Part shown: positions 59,956 to 64,000 of the stretch, one piece after another
How the letters are laid out: each line of letters opens with the position of its first letter
How positions within the stretch are numbered: position 1 is the stretch's first letter
Assembly (NCBI RefSeq): GCF_038025025.1
Contig: NW_027117342.1
Coordinates: 1,426,001-1,490,000, forward strand
Source of the DNA: Phyllosticta citribraziliensis
Lineage: Eukaryota
Reading direction: 5' to 3'
DNA length: 64,000 bases
The notes under the pieces: model-generated
Seen by the model: the letters and a program-made list of their open reading frames with translations, nothing else
What the model was told of the DNA's origin: nothing
Database searches by the model: none
Position numbers and translations under genes: made by a program

Positions 59956-61769
59956 ATGTTCTCAACCTTTCTCAAAGGCAAGGGTGACAGCCAGGAAGTG
60001 AGTGCTGTGGATACTCCTCAGTACGCCGAGTCCGAGAGCGAGCATGGCGGGGAAATCTACCAGACCAGCGATTCGAGGAGACAGATTGGTCTCTTCTCGG
60101 CAGTGTTTCTGTGAGTCCTTCACACCTGTACCACGAGTGTGCGAGGCTGATCCTTTTTGAAGCATCTTCAACCGCATGATCGGCACCGGCATCTTCTCCA
60201 CTCCCAGCACCATTCTTTCCCTGAGCGGTAGTGTGGGTCTGGCTCTGTTCATCTGGATTGCCGGTATGCTCATTGCCGCGGCCGGCATGGCCGTTTATCT
60301 GGAATTTGGAACTGGTCTCCCGAGAAACGGAGGAGAGAAGAACTACCTTGAGTATGTCTACTCAAAGCCCAAGTTTTTGGTGACTGGCTTCTACGTAAGT
60401 ATCAGATTTTAGCCTCTGTCATAGAACGTCAGCTGATTCTGGTGCAGACTGGATATGTTATTCTGCTCGGTATGCCATCAAGCGCACGGATGCCCCCCGG
60501 ATGACATGTGCTAACTTGAGCAGGCTGGGCTGGCTCCAACTCTGTCGTCTTTGGCGAGTATATCCTCAGTGCTGCCAATGTCGAAGTCACCCGATGGAAC
60601 CAACGCGGCATCGGCCTCGCCTGTATCACTACGGCTTTCCTGATTCACGGTCTTGCCCTGAAATGGGGCTTGCGTCTCCAGAACGCTCTGGGAGTCATCA
60701 AGCTTCTCATCATCGTCGTCATCATCATCTCGGGCTTCGCTGCTCTCGGAGGCCATCTAAAGATCGACAAGCCAGACAACTTCACTGATGGCTTCGCCGG
60801 AACTACTGGCTCATCCTATGGTGTTGTCACGGCGCTTTACAACGTCATCTGGAGCTACATTGGCTACAGCAACGCCAACTACGCCATGTCGGAAATGAAG
60901 AACCCCGTCCGGACGTTGAAGCTCGCCGCTCCCATTGCAATTTTGACGGTCGGTCTCATGTACATTCTGTGCAACATTGCCTACCTGGCTGCCGTCCCCA
61001 AGGATGAGATTGCCAACAGCGGCCGTATCCTTGCCGCTTCTTTCTTCCGCAACGTCTTCGGTCCCAAGGCAGAGCGGGCTCTAAGCGTCTTCGTCGCCCT
61101 CTCCGCGTTCGGCAATGTCATGAGTGTCATCTTCTCACAGGGCCGTATCGTCCAAGAGTTGGGTCGTGAGGGCGTCCTCCCGTTCTCAAAGTTCTTCGCC
61201 AGCAACTGGCCTTTCAACGCGCCTCTTGCTGGACTGTTCGAACACTGGGTCGTTTCCGTCGTCATCATGCTTGCTCCTCCGCCGGGAGACGCATACAACT
61301 TTAGTATGTTCAAGTTTCTAGTGTCCAAAAGGTGCCGAGCTAACCCGTCATAGTCGTCAACGTTATCTCTTACCCCCTTGCTATTGTCAACACCTTCGTT
61401 GCTGGCGCTTTGATCCATCTCTATCTTCACCGCGAGAAGTACAACTGGCACCCGCCCTGCAACGCCACTCTCCCCGTCACCATCTTCTTCCTTCTCTCCA
61501 ACATTTACCTTGTCATTGCGCCCTACATCCCGCCCGAGACCGCGTCGCAGAACGTTTACGAGGAGCTCCCGTACTACCTGCACTGTGTCGTCGGCACCGG
61601 CATCATCTTGGCTGGAGGAGTATACTGGCTTGTATGGGCCAAGCTGCTCCCGAAGATTGGCGGCTACAGACTTAAGAAGGAGACGATTGTTGCCGCCGAC
61701 GGGTGGACGCGGAGCATCTTTGTGAAGATTCCGCGCAAGGCGGGCATTGAAGATGCCCCGGCGCTTTGA
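59956..61769 (+). CDS. MUP1: High-affinity methionine permease (APC/LAT family)
   Basis: Five exons. Motifs RRQIGLFSAVFLIFNRMIGTGIFSTPS, YLEFGTGLPRNGGEKNYLE, WSYIGYSNANY and QELGREGVLP. Confidence 0.9.
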
Positions 61770-62576
61770 GAAGCTTTCCTTAATTTTCACGAAAAGAGAT
61801 GATTGGGTGGTCTAGAAGGCCAATTCGGCCAAGTTTTATACCCAGACGGTGTTTTGGTTTCTTTCAACAGGTTTCTGATACCCCCGCAACCCCCTCCTGA
61901 CTTGTGGATTCAACTTCCATCATTAAAGGGCCTCATATCAACACTACCCTTTGCAGCTCACGGTACAACACTGTCTGTAGATGTTTCAGAGTCATAAATA
62001 GGGGATTAGAAGATAAAGGGTAAAGGAATGAAAAAAAATACATTTTGAATTAGTTTGACTGTTTCTCAACGGTGCTCAGTGGCCAGCAGGAGAGCCCATC
62101 AACTTGAAATCATTGCGGGATTTCAGACTGTCAGTATTGAAACTTCGGGAATTGTGAGAATGGTGTAGATGAGAGCGAAGACAGGAGCAGTAAGGACGTC
62201 GAAAAAATCGAGGCAGTTCACTGCCATAGTCGATCTCAGGGGACAGTCATCTGTTGTCATGATGATGCCCAAGGAGTAGTTGTCTGCCGTTACAGACGCG
62301 CCTTGGGAGATGTGGTTTGTTGCGGCAGTCTGTTCAGACCCGGGGAGTGTTGTTTCTTTCGACAGCCGCCACAGGAGGGCGAAACAAGGGCGGTGTAACT
62401 CCGGCCAACGTCGCGGCCGTCGAGCTCTCCCTGCGTGTCCTCAGCAAGCATCCCATCTTCATCCCTGCTCCAACGGCAAACCACGAAACCCACGCCCTCG
62501 ACCACAGGCCACCGTCGCCGCCGCCGCTCCTAGTCCGACTCTCTTTCGCTCCTTCAACCTCCAAACAAAACGCACA

Positions 62577-63160
62577 ATGGCGAGTTCTGTCTGTCTCGAC
62601 TGCACTACCGAAACCAGTCAACGCGCGAACACTCCGAGTGCTGATTAATGCCCATAGCTTGACCGTCTCGTCGGCCTCGCCATGCTCATCGTAGCAACCG
62701 CCGTCTTCACCTACTACACCGTCTGGACCCTGCTCATGGTACGTCCGTCGAGTTGCGCCGCGCGGGCTCCTCTGGCTGTTCGAACACGCTCGCGGCCTTC
62801 CATCTCCCGTCCGTCCTTGCGCCGTGCGTCCGCAGGACCCCAGAGACCCGCCATGCCCTTCCCTCCCCTAGCAGCTCTCGCCAGAAAACCCGCGCCAGAC
62901 AACTCGGCCCCAATTGCATCTCCACTCAATCGGAACGTGTTACAAAACATATACTAACAAGCCCGCCCTCAAACTAGCCCTTTGTCGACGAAGACCACCC
63001 GCTGCAATCGCTGTTCCCGCCGCGCGTCTGGGCCATTCGCATTCCCGTCATCCTCATTCTTCTCGGCTCGACCGTCGTCGGTAGCTTCTTGGGCATGGTC
63101 ATGATAAAGAGCAACCGCAAGAGGGCGCTCAAGGCGCAGCAGGCGAAGAAGGCGTCATAG
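62577..63160 (+). CDS. DPM2: Dolichol-phosphate mannosyltransferase regulatory subunit 2
   Basis: Spliced M|LDRLVGLAMLIVATAVFTYYTVWTLLM|PFVDEDHPLQSLFPPRVWAIRIPVILILLG...KKAS*; introns 62580-62657 (GC-AG) and 62739-62977. Confidence 0.9.
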
Positions 63161-64000
63161 AACTCTCGCTCGCTGGGTGCTTGGTGTTTGCGGATATGCT
63201 GCGGAGACGGAATCTGAAGCATGCTCTGGGGGAGACATGAGAAGATGAAGCGCATCGGAGAAGCGCACGCGTGCAGAGGAGAGAAAAGAGACGCCACTGC
63301 GACTGGCGACGGGCTGGAATGCCTGGGCGTGGACATCCCGAGCGTGCGAATGCACACAATGCGCAGCAGCATCTCGCTGGACTTTGCTTCTTGCGGCGTC
63401 AATGGTTCCCGGCATTTCAGCGCCCTGTATTCTACACATGTACCAGTGTGCCCCCAAGAATTGAAAAACCAACAACACGCGAGAGGCCGCCGCTTCGTAC
63501 TACCCGCCCTGTCCTGACCAGTCCGATCCTCGCGCGTACGTCTTCTAGTCCACGCGCTTGCCATGCCCTCGGCTGCTTCGGTCCACTTTCCCATGAAAAA
63601 GGGGAGGATCTAGTCAATGCCCTGGTCATGCGCGCTGTTTGTGGGAAATCAATTTGTTTGCATCGCTCCTGTACTGATGCGTCTGCCTGTCGGGCGGACA
63701 CGAAATCACGGGATGTCGTTGAATTGCTTGTTAGTTTCTAAACCTGTTTGCCCGCTTACTGGATGTGCAGTAAGTAACCCACGGGCAATGGGCTCTATGG
63801 CTGACAGACATGCACATGTGCTTGTGTATGTAGATTGATGAAAGCGTCTCAGAACAAGGATTGCACAAGTGTGTAGGGTACTTGTGAGAAAGCTTGCTAT
63901 TCAGCTTGTACATTCCTGTCCCGCACCGAAGCCACTTTTGATATGGACAAGTCGTCTCGCTGCCATTTTTCAAATTGCTCAATCAATCTCGCCAGTTGTA

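Noticed and set aside
1464..61769. Methionine theme linking the MetE-like gene and MUP1
   Set aside because: They are ~57 kb apart with unrelated genes between; no exact ATGRYRYCAT site was noticed in either promoter.
1..64000. Transposons, RIP-like AT-rich blocks, CRISPR arrays, rRNA, further tRNAs
   Set aside because: No transposase/RT motifs, terminal repeats or spacer arrays seen; the other GTTCGA/TCGAAC hits I checked do not form cloverleaves. Manual scan only.

Overview
Intron-rich, GC-rich eukaryotic DNA from a filamentous ascomycete (Pezizomycotina; inferred from GTRNGT/CTRAC/YAG introns and gene content). I can support about 26 protein-coding loci and one intron-containing tRNA-Leu(AAG). 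Left part: a single-barrel cobalamin-independent methionine-synthase-like gene, a divergent ornithine-decarboxylase-like gene, a DHA1 MFS transporter, two tandem small paralogs, a PAM2-motif orphan and two alpha/beta hydrolases. Middle: a ~7.8 kb stretch without recognisable protein genes that holds the tRNA, then a DUF2457 gene, SAR1, a GH31 / allantoate-family permease / Zn2Cys6 TF trio, a CYP52-like P450 and a membrane protein. Right part: ESF2, DUF4202, a small acidic protein, CWC22, a paraoxonase-like gene, the head-to-head TFIIIA-RPB6 pair, S-formylglutathione hydrolase, a pseudogenised SGNH hydrolase, MUP1 and DPM2. No transposon, CRISPR array or rRNA was seen. The best candidate for something undescribed is the MetE-like / ODC-like / DHA1 trio, whose decarboxylase has an altered substrate-specificity segment (Asp332-equivalent read as Glu). 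Exon boundaries were read by eye and family calls rest on recalled motifs, not database searches.
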